This document shows positions 38,231 to 52,331 of a stretch of 64,000 nt of DNA, piece by piece (the stretch's first letter is position 1; every line of letters begins with the position of its first letter). Made by a program: the position numbers and the translations under genes. The DNA lies in assembly GCF_030144855.1 (NCBI RefSeq), contig NC_082709.1:53258001-53322000 (forward strand), given 5' to 3'. The notes below the pieces were generated by a model. The model was not told the DNA's origin. It searched no databases and saw only the letters and a program-made list of their open reading frames with translations. This DNA comes from Hypanus sabinus. Lineage: Eukaryota.

Positions 38231-40329
38231 AATAACACAATCAGACATAGGAGTGGAAATAGGCCACTCTGCTTATCTACTCTGCTCTGCCATTACATCA
38301 TGGCTGATTTAGTATCCCTCTCAACTCCATTCTGCTGTCTTTTCTCCATAACCTTTGACACCCCAAGCACCAATCAACCTCTGATTTAAATATATCCAAT
38401 GAATTGGCCTCCACAGGCATCTGTGGCAATGATTCCACAGATTCATCACCCTCCTCCTTATCTCTGTTCTAAATTTAAGTCCCTCTATTCTGAGGCTGTC
38501 CCCCCAGTCCTAGAGTCACCCACTATAGGAACCATCCTCTCCACATCCACTCTATGTTGGCCTTTCAATATTCAAATAGATTTCTGTGAGATTCCTCCTG
38601 TACTCTTCTAAGCTACAGTGAGTACAGGCTCAGAGTCACAATCACCAGAAAGAGTGTGCTGGGAATGTGATCTGGGAGTCAAAGGGGAATAGCCCAAACA
38701 GAGCTTGGGAACCGCTGATCTAACGCTTTCTTCTATTTTTCTGTCCTCCATATTTTCATCATATATGTGCCACTTAAATGTTCCTAATGTATCGATCACC
38801 TTCCCTGGCAGGGCATTCCATGCACCCACCACCCACTGTATAAAAAACCATACTTCTGACATGCCCTTTATACTTTTCTCCAATCACCTGAAAATTATCT
38901 TCCCTCATTTTAGATATTTCCACCCTGGGAAAGAGTCTTTGGCTGCGACTCAATCTATGCTTCTTATCATCTTGTAGACCTTTGTCGAGTCACCTCTAAT
39001 CCTCCTTCACTCTAAAGTGAAAAGCCCTAGTTCACTGAATCTATCCTTATAAGACCTGCTTTCCAGGCCATGCAGTGAATCTCCTCTGCACCCTCTCTAA
39101 AGCTTCCGCATTCTCCCAAAATTTTCCAACATGGCACCAGGCTGCCACCTCTGTTGAGTAGCAGCTCAGATTTAGTTGTTTTTAATTGTTTAATTGTTTA
39201 TTAGGTTTGTAAGCATGGTTTTGGGGATAGAGAAGTCAGTTATGGGTCAAGATGGGTTAAGGAATGAGGATATGGGGTCAGGCCAGAGGTTAAGTCGTTG
39301 ATCCACATTCAAAGACCAGCAATGTGGATGTGGAACATCTGTGATCAGATATCCGATGTCAGATGTTGGACTTGCAGAGAGTGGATGAGAACCCCGTCCA
39401 CCAGGTCAGTAAGTCGTCGATGGGTTCTAGTGTGTGACCTGGGATTGAAGGACTGTGCATGTGCTTCGGTAGAAGGGAGGAAGGTGGCTTGATGTTGCTG
39501 CTGTAGTTTGTTCCTTGTTGTATTCTACGTTGTTCTATTAAGCATTGTGGGCCTGCTACGTTGCCGCTGGTGTCAGGGCCACATTTGCAGGCTGATCCTA
39601 GCATAGCTTTCTGTGTGTTGGTTATTCATTCAAATGATGCATTTCACTAAATGTTTCAATGTGCATGTGACAAACTAACTTAAATCTACTTGGAATCTAG
39701 AACTGATCACAATATTCAAAGTGTGGTCTAACCAAGGTTTCATAGAGCTGCAACATTACTATAGCTCATGGCTCTTGAGCTCAATATCTCAACTAATGAC
39801 AGCAAACACACGATACACCTTCTTAACAATTCTATCAACTTTCACAGTAATTTTGAGGGAGTCTGTGGATGTGAAACCAAGATCCCTCTGTTTCTCCACA
39901 CTGCTAATAATCCTGTTATTAATGCCATATTCTACCTTCAAAATTTGTTTTCCAAAGTCAATTACTTCACAATTAATTGCATCCTTGAATTAAAGATGCT
40001 AACTCTGTTTGGAGATATTCCTGGAGAAGTCATCATGAACTCTCCCATCTGACAACGAAGTTTCTTGCCCTCTAATAATATCATCAATATTACTCAGAAG
40101 TGTTGATAGAGAATGAAGAAATACAGGATTTCTCTAAACATACTTAGGATTTATCTATTACGTTTCTTACAACAGTGTCCTGTAAATTCCAACACAGTCC
40201 TTGAACAGGAGGTGCATCACAAGGAATCCATCAGGGAATTTAGGTTGTACAAATTAGAGATGATGTTTCTTCCCCTCTGAACTTTATTATTTCATTTTTT
40301 GAGGAATGAAACCCCATCTCATTCCACTT

Positions 40330-40485
40330 CCCACCAAATCTAAACATGATGACGATACCAGGAGGAAGCTCTGCCCATAAATGGAGCCCACCTTTCATCT
40401 GGTTCCAGTGCCCACGGTCAGCGAGCTGAGCAAACACGAGTCAGTGTTTGAATGTGGTGGGGGTGCAGGATATAAAGACTGAAGC
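40330..40485 (+). promoter_or_regulatory. Proximal promoter of copy C (TATA box)
   Basis: Same conserved block; TATAAA at 40471-40476. Confidence 0.75.
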
Positions 40486-40565
40486 AGCAAAGTGAAAGCA
40501 GATCGAGAGAGAGGAGAGAAGCAATTCTTCACTCTGAGAAACCAGCTGATCCCACAAGAGGCAGA

Positions 40566-43500
40566 ATGAAAACTTGCCTGCTCGCCATCATTGCCGTACA
40601 GATCCTCTACTGCTCAGGCAAGTACTGGGGAGAGAGGGACCCCAGAGAGCAATAACTTTTTGGTGCTGAGCTTCAGTCAGTGATGTTTCACCCATGTGTA
40701 AGAAAAATTCGCTGAAGTTGGTTGGAATGTATTTTAGAACTTTTTCTCTTTCTCTCTCTGCAGGAATGCCAAGCACTAAGGAAGCTCTGAGAGCCTCGGT
40801 TATAAAGCTGAATGAAATCACTGAGATCACCAACCTCTGTGGTATCACTAGGAGAGGAGTGACAAATGTAAGTGGGTCCTTGGAGAATTGTGTTTCACGG
40901 TCCATGGATGCATCAGAGTATAGATTAATAGGCTACTAAAAGTTAGCCTGAGAGTAGGTTAACAGCAAAAAAAAAATCAAAGGGGAGATGCTGATGTGGT
41001 TGAGACAATAACTTACAGTATTATGGGTATTTGAGGAAAGGGGAATAGGATTGATGGATTGTTTCGCTGAGAGCTAGTGTAGGCTTGAAGGGCTGAGTGG
41101 CCTCAAACTGTACAATTTTAAGTATAAGGTATATTTAGGATATGATGGTGACCAAGTACTAAACTGGAGCTGAATATTACATTATATGCAGAACTTACAC
41201 TGAATATCAGATCAGGATCATAAATTCTCTATCAGTATTTGAGTTGTGAATCTCTGATTGGACCAATGTTTTGGAATTAAGATTGGATGTTCTACCATTT
41301 GTTCATCTGGAAGCCCCTGAAAGGTTTTCAAATTTTGTTTGTCATTTTCCACCAATAATTAGGAGTTCCTGCAAACTGATATTCCTATCCTGATGGTTTA
41401 AGTTGTCATTTTACTATCGGGCAATTTAAATCTCTTGTCTATTTTGGCTGATGATTCAGATGCTGTCAGTGTAACTATCTGGTGGGAAAAAAGCCCTGTG
41501 TAGCTCTGCTCTTTGTCAGACCAGTGGAAGAACACCAGAGATAACAAAGCACTAATAAACTCTTCTCCTTCCTTCAGACATATCGCACAGGTAAACTTTC
41601 CTACAGTGTGGATTTAACGTTCTCTGTGAAAGAAACTGTCTGCTCCAAGAATTCTGGACAGGAATTTGATGATCCCAGCTGCTCCTTCCGCCCTAAAAGC
41701 ATTGCGGTGAGTCCAGAGTTATATCTTAGATTATACGTCCGTGTGTGTATTAGCATTAAAACACGAGCTTTAATTACAACCTATTTCATAGAAATGAGCA
41801 TAGATATGGACAGAAAGGCTAAGAATTGGGTTAGATCATAATCACTTTGATTTACATTCTTGCTTGGAGTCATCAATAATTTCCTTGCACTATGCTTCAT
41901 CCCAACAGGAGAAAGGGTTTTGCAAAAGCCATGTGGAATTTTTTGCTGATAAGGTAGCTGACGTTGATGTGGAGTGTGACAGTCTGAAGACAGTTGACAG
42001 CGAGAGTGACTCGACAGAATCGAGTGAAACCAGTATTGAGGTACAGAATCTGCAATCTGGTCAATGGGATTTCTAACACAAGATATTCACTAAACATTAG
42101 AATATATTAGTGTGGTATGCTGAAGATCTAAATATAAATATCTTTATCTTACAGGCCCAAACCAAATCAAAAGAGACATCACTAGAGGAAACCTCAAATG
42201 TGAGTATTACTTAATAATTCATCAGATGTTTTTTCATGCTGATCTCAATTGTTAGTAACGGAGTGATTATAATTGCTAGCAATGAAATGTTAAGCTCTTC
42301 ATTAGAAATAGTGGGTGAGATGGCATATTATCCTAGTCTGGTGTGCAGGGAGGGGATTCTAACATTCTAACAGTGCATGCTGAGTTTAGTCTCCAGTAAA
42401 GATGAACTGACCACCAGCAGAACAGGACTGAAAGAGGAGTGTCTATAAAACCCACACCAATGGGAGTAACATTTTATTGATTCCTGGAGGGGAATCATAG
42501 ATTCAGTAAAAAAGATGATAATCGGAGCTGTGCCACCTATTGTAGGAATATCCATTGACCCTACACCAGACATTTAGCCAGGCACTTTTCTGAACATTGG
42601 TGTACGGTAGAGACTGGGGATTTTATTGAGGCTTGTGCAATTTTATGATCGGTCATAGGATCTTCATTCGGCAATGTCAGGATTGACAATCCTTTATTTA
42701 GCATTAAGTATGCAAGTCTGCTCTTTGGAGGAAAACTATTAATGTTTTCTATTTATTGGAGGTCACCTATTAATGCTTTCTGTCCTATTGTGTTAATATT
42801 AGAATGTTGATGTTTTTTATGTAGGTTGAAAATAAGTCAGAAGAAACTTCAGTGGAAGAAGAATCTCTAAACGTAAGTTTAATTTGGAAAATATTACCTT
42901 CAGATTCTCAGTAAGATGTGAAACCTTGACTGATCTGTCAGAATACCGAGGATATTGCTTCATAGTAGGCTTGTTCCAGACTGTGGTTGAGAGAGAGAGA
43001 AGACGGAGAAAATATTGAATATTAACTTCTACCTCAAACCATTTTCCTATGGTAACACTGCAATTCTTGATTTCCTTAATATCCATCAATCCACCAATTA
43101 CTGTTCAGAATTAACTCAGTGAATGAGCCTTCACAACTCTCTGGGGTAGCAAGTTCCAAAGATTCACCATCTTGGTGAAGAGATTACATCTCACCTCATT
43201 TCTAATTGGTCACTCCCTTATTCTGCGACTGCAACCCAAGCTCTCAACTCCTTAGATAGGCAAAATATCCCACCTTTCTAACCAGTCAAGACCTCTCATA
43301 ATTTTGTTCACTGTAAGGCAATTACCTCTCATTCTTTCAAGCTGTGAATAATAAATGTGCCATATGCACCATCCCAGACTCTACCCAGGTGGAACTATGC
43401 TTCATCCTTCTTCACAAGCATATCATTTTTCAGATCAACCGACCAAAACTACACAATCCTCACCAGAGCTTGATACAACTGTCGTACTCTTTTTCTTAAG

Positions 43501-45708
43501 CCTTCTTGCAATAAAGGCAATTTGCCTTCCCAATGGCCTGCTGCATTTGCTGCTGAAAAGCCCAGAAATAACATAGACTCTGTTATATTTCAATATTTAA
43601 TACTTGTGCAAGCCGGGAATTTTTCAGTTTATGTGTTTTCAAAATTTCTCACTGCCCTGTACTAAACATATAAATATTATTTCCACACAGAAAAAAGACA
43701 AATCAAAAGAGACATCTCTTGAAGATTCAGCTGATGTGAGTATAGGTGGAAAAAAATGCTGATGAAATATTTGATCCTGGTTGCAAGTTAAAATGTTTAA
43801 CATCTCGGACTTGACCATGTTAGAAGAGAGGAAAAGAGAACCATTTATTTTGATCAGTGCATCGAGAAAGACATTCTGTGATTTGATTCCTGTGGGGAAA
43901 TCGGGCTGAGAGGCAAATTGAGACTCCAATACAGAGAATGAGTTTGTTCCCTCAAGGATAAAGTGACCTAGATATTAACCAGATTGTGTGTTAGACATGA
44001 GGGCAGCGTCTGTAACATTCACCAATTATAGACCAAATGTTGGTGGGATTGACACTGTTTCCTGAATTATCTTCTGACCCCACCTCCGCCCAAACCTCAC
44101 AATATCCAAACTACATTGATCGCTGTTGCAGATATTAATTGCTTTGGTGAGCAATTATCCACTGCTGTACTGAATCTCAAAGCCTGATATATTTATGGTC
44201 ATTTCTAATTCAATCATTAAAGATTTGTTCAAAGATTACTCCACAAATCTTTATTAATATACGTGCTAAGCATATAAATATCGATTTTTTTTTCATGCAG
44301 GTAGACAGCAAGTCAAAAGAGACATCAGTCGAGGAGTCTTCAATTGTAAGTCTAATCTTGGAATTTTTATCTATTGATTTTCAACCATAATATAGTGATG
44401 AAACCTAATTTGAATAAACTTTATTAATGACTATCTAAAGCAGGGGTTCCCAACCTGAGGCCCACGGTCTCCTTGCATTATAGTACTGGTCCTTGGCATA
44501 AAAAAGGTAGGGAACCCTGGATCTAGAGATCGATAGAGGTGCATATAAATGCACAAATTCGATAAGATATTCTCCATTCAATTCCTGATGATGCCCAACT
44601 TCAGCCTGAATATGAGTTTGATCTTCACTTAATATTGAAATAGAATTAGGAAGGGCAATCATGGTCTGTGGAAAGATATACTGTAACTGTGGCTTCATGA
44701 AAGGAGCATCTCTTAAATTTCCTCATTTAATTGTATATAATTACTGGCACAGAGGCTAGAAGTGTATGGTGCTGAGATATGTCAGCCCAGTCAAGACCAA
44801 TTGGTAAAAGAATCATCTCTCCGAGCTTCATAGGGTCACAGGGTTATACAATGCAGTAACAGATCACTTGATTCAATTCATCAGTGCTGACCAAGTTGCC
44901 TAAGTCAGCTCATCCCATTTCTCTGCATTTGGCCTATATCCCTTGAAACTTTTCCCATCTACTAAGCTGTCCAAATGCATTATAAATGCCACCATTGTAT
45001 CTTCCTCTACCAATTCCTCTAGCAGATCATTCCATAAATCCACCACCACTGTGAAAAAATATTCCCCTCTGATCACTTTTAAATCTCTCCTTTCTGATGT
45101 TAAACTTGCGGTGTCCAATTTTAGAGTGTCCTACCCTCTGGAAAATACTTTGGCTCTCTGTTTTATAATTTTATAAACCTAAATTACATCTTTATCCATC
45201 TTCCTATGGTCAACGAAAACATCTCCAGGTCTATCCATCTCCTTATAACCAAAGCCCTCCAGACTTAGTAGCAGATCCATATATCTTTTGTGCTCCCTCT
45301 CCAATATAATGCCATCCTTTGTAACATTCAATCTTAGAGTCCCATTGCCTTTAGAGTTTGCTGAAATTAAAATTGATAGTGGTGTTTGCTGTGGATTTCT
45401 CACTAACCTAACAGTTCTGAAATTAAAGTGATTTCACACACCCAATTACAAACTGAACCTCATTTGACTTTGTATCCAGAAATGATTTCTAATACTTCAA
45501 AATTTTAACTTATAAAACAGATGAAAAGCAAATCAACAGAATTATCATTGGAGGAGCCTTCAAAGGTAAGTATAAACTGCGACTTTGTGTCTGATATGAT
45601 CATTATTAAAACTAATGAGAAAACATTGACGTCAGAGTGAGCTCAGTCCAGCTGAAAATTACAAATCTGTTCATCTTTCCATTCCAGGAACAAAACGAGG
45701 ACTCGTGA
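40566..45708 (+). CDS. SPP2: SPP2-like SxE-repeat secreted phosphoprotein, copy C (10 coding exons, 221 aa)
   Basis: Exons 40566-40617 (GC donor, CAG|GCAAGT), 40764-40867, 41578-41706, 41909-42040, 42155-42199 (AQTKSKETSLEETSN), 42825-42872 (48 nt, VENKSEETSVEEESLN), 43691-43735 (KKDKSKETSLEDSAD), 44301-44345 (VDSKSKETSVEESSI), 45521-45565 (MKSKSTELSLEEPSK), 45688-45708 (EQNEDS*). Confidence 0.85.
44441..44520. mobile_element. 80-bp hAT MITE in intron 8 of copy C
   Basis: TIRs caggggttcccaacct / aggtagggaaccctg; 8-bp TSD atctaaag / atctagag; absent from A and B. Confidence 0.8.
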
Positions 45709-45940
45709 GCCCAGCACTGACCATGAATGAAACTCCGCAGAGTCTGAACTCAATGTGAACACAAGAAGACCTCATTCAGAATCTATGAGATATTAACAAT
45801 TGTACCTTACTCATCCTGTCTGAGACTGAGGGGCCTGGAGCTCCTGTCCGTACATTTTGTTGTAAACGGGAGATTCGATTGTAAATGTTCTGTCCTTTGT
45901 TGTATATTATTGTTTAATATATTATGGATCAAATTATAGT

Positions 45941-45946
45941 AATAAA
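45941..45946 (+). terminator. Poly(A) signal of copy C
   Basis: AATAAA at the homologous 3'UTR position. Confidence 0.7.
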
Positions 45947-47663
45947 ATATACTGTACTGTATATTCACGGAATGACTTCTAGAAGTTATTGTGGTTGTCA
46001 CTGATCTATGGGAGTTCATCCAGTTATTATACTCTGGTCAGCTTGTCCCTTACTGTAAGTGGTACCTCCTTTGCCTGATGCATTCTCCTGACATGTTGGG
46101 CAATTTGCTGCTTTAAAATTAACGTCAGAAACTAGACAGGTTGCCATGCATCCTGGATTGCTTATTTCAATCGCAGCAAGGTTGAAGCCTTTGTGTTGTT
46201 CAAATTTGCCATCAGCTTTTTCTTGAAACTTAAAATCTGTGACAGTGATATTTTGAAGGAATGAGTCTTTGGGGAACCGTGAGATTGTTCAGACATTATT
46301 AGGAATGGGGTATCATTGAAATGATTATGTGCTTCATTGCCCTTGTACGGTAGGTGAATATCCAATATACAGTTGAGGATGGGTTTCCATGGTCCTGGAC
46401 CTCCTCCCCATTGATAGTATAAAGAAGATGGCATAAGATGGCATGTCCCAAATAGAGAGGATCCTTAAAGAGTTGATGTGACCTTTTTGAGGAACTACTT
46501 CTTGATGGTGGGAGGGATGTTCCTGTGATGGGACTGACTGAGTCTATAACCTTCTTCAATCTGTGCTTTGGAACCTTCATACTAGGTGATGATTCAACCA
46601 GTTAGATTTATCTCTGCTCTACATCTTAGAAATTTGCAAGAATCTTTGTTGACATACAAAGAATCTCTGTTGTCTCAAACTCCTACAGAAGTAGAGACTC
46701 TAGTGTGTCTTATTCATGATTACCTCAGTGTGTTGGGCCCAAGGTAGATCCTCCAAGATGTTGATGCCGAGGACTTAAAACTGTCACCTTTTCCACCACT
46801 GACTCCTCTATCAGGACTGGTGTGTGTTCTCCTGACTTTCCCTTCCTGAAGTTAACAATCACTTCCTTGGTCTGTTGACGTTGAGTGCGAGGATGTTTTT
46901 GCAACATCACTAAACCAGGTGATCCATCATCTTTTTTTAAATTATTTGAACTATTTTCCCTATTTAAAGTTAGTGCAAACAGCTTTTGATAAAACAATCC
47001 ATCAGCAGAGCTTTTCCTACCACCAGCTGTGTGGTCTGGCTCCTGGTCATGGAATGACTGAGCTGGAAGATCTTAGGACTCAAAAGATTAGTGCAGCCAT
47101 AGGTTGGGGTAAGGCAAATGCTGTGTGAGACAATGCCGTGGTTTGCATGGGATGTAATCCACTAATGCTTCAGGCTGTGAATAGATGAAACAACTTATAT
47201 GGTGCAGACAAAAATGGGACAGAATGGCAGAACAAATGAAATACTGATAGAGTGGAAGCCAGTAGAAACTAGAGAATAAAAAGAGTGAAAGCTGAAGGAA
47301 AAAGATGGTGCTGGTTAAACAAACAGAGTAATAAAAGAAAATTGAATGTAGGCACAGAAATTCTGAAGATGCTGGAAATCTAGAGGAATGCACACTAAAT
47401 GATGGAGGAACTCAGCAGGTCAGACAACATCCATGGAGAGAAATGAACAGTCAGTGTTTAAGGTTGAGAACTGTCATCAGTCTTGACTCTTCATAGATGC
47501 TGCCCAACTTACTGTTCATAGGCGTTCATCCAGCATTTATGTGTGTTAAGTCTGAACATACAACAGCAATGTGGAAGGGATTCTGGAAATTTGGATTAAA
47601 CATGCTGGAAATTCTGAGTACGGAAATTGTTGGCTGCATTGCTGAGTCAGGAAGACCCAATAT

Positions 47664-50600
47664 TGAAGTAAGTGTCTCCTCCGTGGTTGGTGGGGATTTG
47701 CTCGTTTAAGGAGCAGAGCTTCTGTTTAGTTGATGACGTCATGGCGCTGGTCGAGTTTAAATCTAGCATATACTCTCTCCAGTTCACCCTGGACCAGGTG
47801 GTCGAGGTGCCATAGTAACAGTAAACGGTAGGGGTGTGCTGCAGTAAAGTGGGCCCCTGTGCACACTTTAGATGAGTAATTGCCACTGTGTGTATGTTTA
47901 GTGTCTGTTTTTTCCTGCCACTTCAGGTTCTCCGTTTAGATAAGTATCTGTAGATGAGTTTAGCTTTGAAGGGTTTACTGAATATTTAATGTCTGTCTTG
48001 TCTTATAAATAAATAGTAAACCTATTTGTCAGTAGTGGGTCTCTTCTGTCCTCACTTACCGAACACGTGAACTTGACTTCACACAATTGGCACAGTAAAG
48101 CAGGGTTTGTTCATTGAACAGAAGATGAATATCTTTAAAAGGAAAAATAAGAGAGGGAACCACCCTCCACCCCACCTCTGTGTGAGGAATGTCGAGCTCT
48201 GGGGTGGATTGACAACAGTGCTGGAAGTCCTGCCAACTTACTGCTGGACTATGACCTGTAGACTGGTCAAAAAGTTTTACTCCCGTGGGGTGAAAATGAG
48301 ACATCACATCATGTCTGTACTAAATGAGGGATCCTTAAGAGGATAAGGAGCTAGAGGGGTGCTTCCTGGATATTGGAAGCCACAGTATGAGACAATTTCA
48401 TAGAGGAGATGAGTTACCATGGATTGGGGAGCTGCAACATCAGCATAGACTTTGGCTAAAGAGCTAGAGGATAAGAGTACAGAGAGGTCTGGTTGGCTAG
48501 TAAAGTTGCAGCAGTTAAAGGCTACCTGCAGGGCTAACTGGCAACTGAACCCCATTAAGGGCCAATATTGTGGGGAGGCGACCCATACACATGGATGAGG
48601 GATGGGGGCGTTTGGTTAGAAATTGAGAATGGGGATGAGAGTTTAAAAGAGACCATCGGGGTTCCTCCTCTAAGTGTATGCCCTTCGCCGCCCCTATACA
48701 GCTGCACCAACGCAACCCAGACCAGTAGCCACATGGTCCCAGACCCAGAAAAGAGGCCACTGGCCCATATTGGCCACCGGCCTCCATGGAACAAGGTGAG
48801 GAAGAACAGCAACCTGGGGGAGAGGAACAGCATGAGGGAGAGGGTCGTGGGGAGGATAACTCTGTCAGCCTCACTGAGACAACTAGCAGCAAGGACTTCT
48901 TCACTAAGGAACTGGCAGAGTTGGGAGACAAGTATAGCCGGGGAGCCTCTGAGGATTTGGGATGTGGACTTGCTGGAGTGAGTTTATCCAACAGGGAGCA
49001 AGGTGGCTTGGGGGTAGTCTACCATCTCACCATGTAACTAACAACGTCCTGAGAGTGCCACCTGCTTCCCAAGAGGGTGAGGAATTGCTATGGGGCAGAA
49101 TGATAGTGGCAGTAAAGATCAGATAGTCCTCACTCTTCGAGTGGGATTTGCAGTGGAACATAGTGGAAGAAAAGACCAGAGCCCTTTACCAATAGGCTCT
49201 GGACACTGTGATCCCACTGGAGCGTCATAGCTTAACCTTGACCATGATGGGGTACTTAGTTAAAGCAGCAGCTCACGGTCTAAAGGGAGTGGTGGTGCCC
49301 TTATTGGGACTAGTGGTAAGGGGTACTGTAGATGCCACTATGAGATTACTGGAGGGATGAGAGTACATGGGGGAATGTCCACATACCTGGGTGCTCAAAT
49401 TAGACAAGCAGCCTGGGGGGTGGAGGACCCTGCGTAACCCACAAGGAAATGTTTTTGGTGTTACTCAGTGTCAAAGTCCCTAAGGAGCAGATAACTGTGG
49501 TTCCCACTCCCGCCCTCTACACTATGATGAGGGAGTTCTACTGGAGAAGAGAGGCAAAGAGACCTTTAAGGGAGAAGGGTCAATGTGCAAGCCCTCCCCC
49601 AATGAGGGCTCCTTCTGCCCTCCCAAGAATCCCTTGCATTCCATCCAGAGTTCTTTACATCCCTTACTGGAACACCATTGGATCATCAGTGGCAGCAGGT
49701 GTTGAGTAAATGGGTGGTGAGGTCCCACAAGCCTACTCGGACAATAGGTCACATGTTGCAGGGGTCAAAGTCCAGCAGTGGGCTGTGGAGTCCAGCATTC
49801 TGTGGGTGTTCCACATCCCCTACTACTCATAGGCCGGGGGTCTGATCGAGTGAATGAACAGGCTGTTGAAACAGCAGATCAAGCTTTCAACCCCCACCGC
49901 ACCAGGAGCAGCTGAGTGTGCTGTAGCAGACGGTGGATAACCTGAATTCTCAGCCAGTGGGCCTAGGAGAGTTCCCGATGTCCTGGCTCTTGGCGGTGTC
50001 AAATCCTCCAAAGATAGGAGAGGTGGATTTGCAGGAGGAAGCAGAGAAGGTGTAGGTGTATCAACCACTGAGACACCCAAGGTAGGGGGAGATTGTGGCA
50101 GGCAAACCAAGGAATATGAGATAGGTGGCATTACCATTGGAAAGGGGGATAGTCTGCCCAGGTACCCAGCAACTAACCAGGAGGGAGGAAGTTTTTTTGT
50201 CTCTTTACACTACAGAATGGCAAAGCAGTAAATGTTGACAGGGGTGGTGGGTGTGACATCCTAAAGCAAATTTCTATGATGGCATACAAGTGTGCAATCC
50301 ACAACAATGTTTCACACTGTTGAGTCTGCATGCGGGTTCCATTCCACACCGCAGAAAGGGTGCTGCTGATACCGATACCCTTTAATGAAGTAGAACAAGA
50401 CTTTTTAATGAAGAAGATCAGAACTGTAGGAGAACCTTGTCTAGACTCGTAGGTTCTGGTATTCTGCTTTGGGGAAATTGGGAGGGCATAGTCCCTTCCA
50501 GCCAACCTCACCCCATATTATGGGAATGGCCTTAAAGAACTTGAATCTCAGTAGCTCCCAGTGGAGTCAGTGTTTTCAGGACTGGTACTTGCTGACATAT

Positions 50601-52095
50601 GATTTCTCAGAGAGGTGATCCCTTGGCCAACAGGGATGGTGCAGGTGGTACAATGAGCTCAGGCCCAAACAGTCAGTGGGGCACAACGAGTGTAAGGGGA
50701 AGCAATATCTTGGGATGACTGTGTCGACACTGATTGATACTCTGAAGATGGGCACTCCCTGAACACTAAATTTTACGTACTGGATATGCGCTGCCCAGGC
50801 CTACCCCTGGCTGCCTGCAGGATGGCACAGCTATCCTGCAGTGGTTCCATACATATACCGCCTTAACTACCCGCCCATGAGGGGTGACGCAGTAAAGGGC
50901 ATATCACCGAGGCAGAAAAGTTCTGGATGATAGCCTGGCCCCTGTATGGTACAGCTGCTAGGCTGTCCTGGGAACAAATAAACATGGCATCTGTGATGGG
51001 CAATGAGACGGGCACAGTGTTCAGGCATACAGAGGTTGCACTAACCAGAGTGTCAGCTGAGATGGTGGCTATTCGAATGGTTACATGCAGAATTGGATGG
51101 CCTTAGAGTACCTGGAGAAAGGTGGCATCTGTGTCGTGATTGGTCAGAAGTGCTGCACCTACGTCCCCAATGAGTCTGGGAACATTCCTCACCCGGCTGA
51201 TCACACCCAACAGTCAGTAAATAAGATCAGGAAAGTAGTGGTTCAGCTCCATAACTACTACATCCCAGGGGAAAGGTGGTTGTCTTCTGGAGCGTTTGAG
51301 GCTGGTGGACTACTGTAATACATCGGGTAGCAACTGGTGAGCTGATAATTCTGGGGATTATTGTGTTATGCTTTGTATGCAGTATAGCGGAGCATCCATG
51401 GGGGATTATACTAGTCTGCGGGCCGAGCGTCATGGCGTTGTGTCTTTTGAGGGGTGATACATTGAAGTGTCTACTTTACGTGCTCATCAAAAGCCACTTA
51501 TCCCTGGGAGGTGGAGATTGGCCCATGTCAGGAGCACTCTAGCACCCTCCCGCTAGCTTCTATTTAGCTGATGATGTCACAGCGCCAGTGGAGTTTAAAT
51601 CTAGCATACAGTAACCACACAGTCCCTTTTCACTCTCTGGGTTACCATGGACCAGGTAGTCGGGGGTGCCAAAGAAATGGTAAACAGTGGGGGGTGTGCA
51701 GTAAAGAGGGCACACTTTAGTTAATTATTAGACACTGTGTTTCATTTATGACGTCATAGTGCTGGTAGAGTTTAAATCTAACATACATGCTCTCTGGGTC
51801 ACCATGGACCAGGTAGTCGAAGGTGCCATAGTAACAGTAAATGGTAGGGGTGTGCTGCAGCAAAGTGGGTCTGGGTGCACACTTTAGATAAGCATTTGCC
51901 ACTGCGTGTATGTTTAGTGTCTGTTTTGTCCTGCCACTTCAGGTGCTCAGTTTAGATAAATATCAATAACTGAGTTTAGCTTGAAGGGTTTACTGAATGC
52001 TCAGTGTCTGTCTTGTCTTTTAAATGGTTAATTTACTGCTGGCAGTGAGCCTCTTCTGTCCCCACTCACCGAATCCGTGAACCTGATTTCATGCA
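47664..52095 (+). mobile_element. Decayed endogenous retrovirus (LTR-PBS-gag-like-env-LTR; pol largely missing)
   Basis: Direct repeats ~47664-48085 and ~51463-52095; PBS TGGCACAGTAAAGCAGGGT (tRNA-Ser-like) at 48088; env TM remnant near 51085. Confidence 0.85.
50880..51400 (+). pseudogene. ERV env transmembrane subunit remnant
   Basis: MQNWMALEYLEKGGICVVIGQKCCTYVP is an immunosuppressive-domain-like segment plus CX6CC; frameshifted on both flanks. Confidence 0.85.
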
Positions 52096-52331
52096 ACACC
52101 AAGTGAGAAGATATTATGTTGTTCCTCAGACTTACACTCGAGATATGAGGTCAGAGGGTGAGCAAGACAGGAAATGAAGTGACGGGAAATCTGGCTTTGC
52201 ACTGGGATAATGATCCCTTCATTGATCTGTGAGCTTCAGAGCAGAACAAGTCCTGAGAAGAGATTGCATTGACTGGAAAAAAGGATCATTAAGCATCATG
52301 GATCATCAAGACCAACTTTGTCTGTCATATA

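Noticed and set aside
50880-51400. Domesticated syncytin-like env
   Set aside because: The env is fragmented by frameshifts and stops; there is no long ORF.
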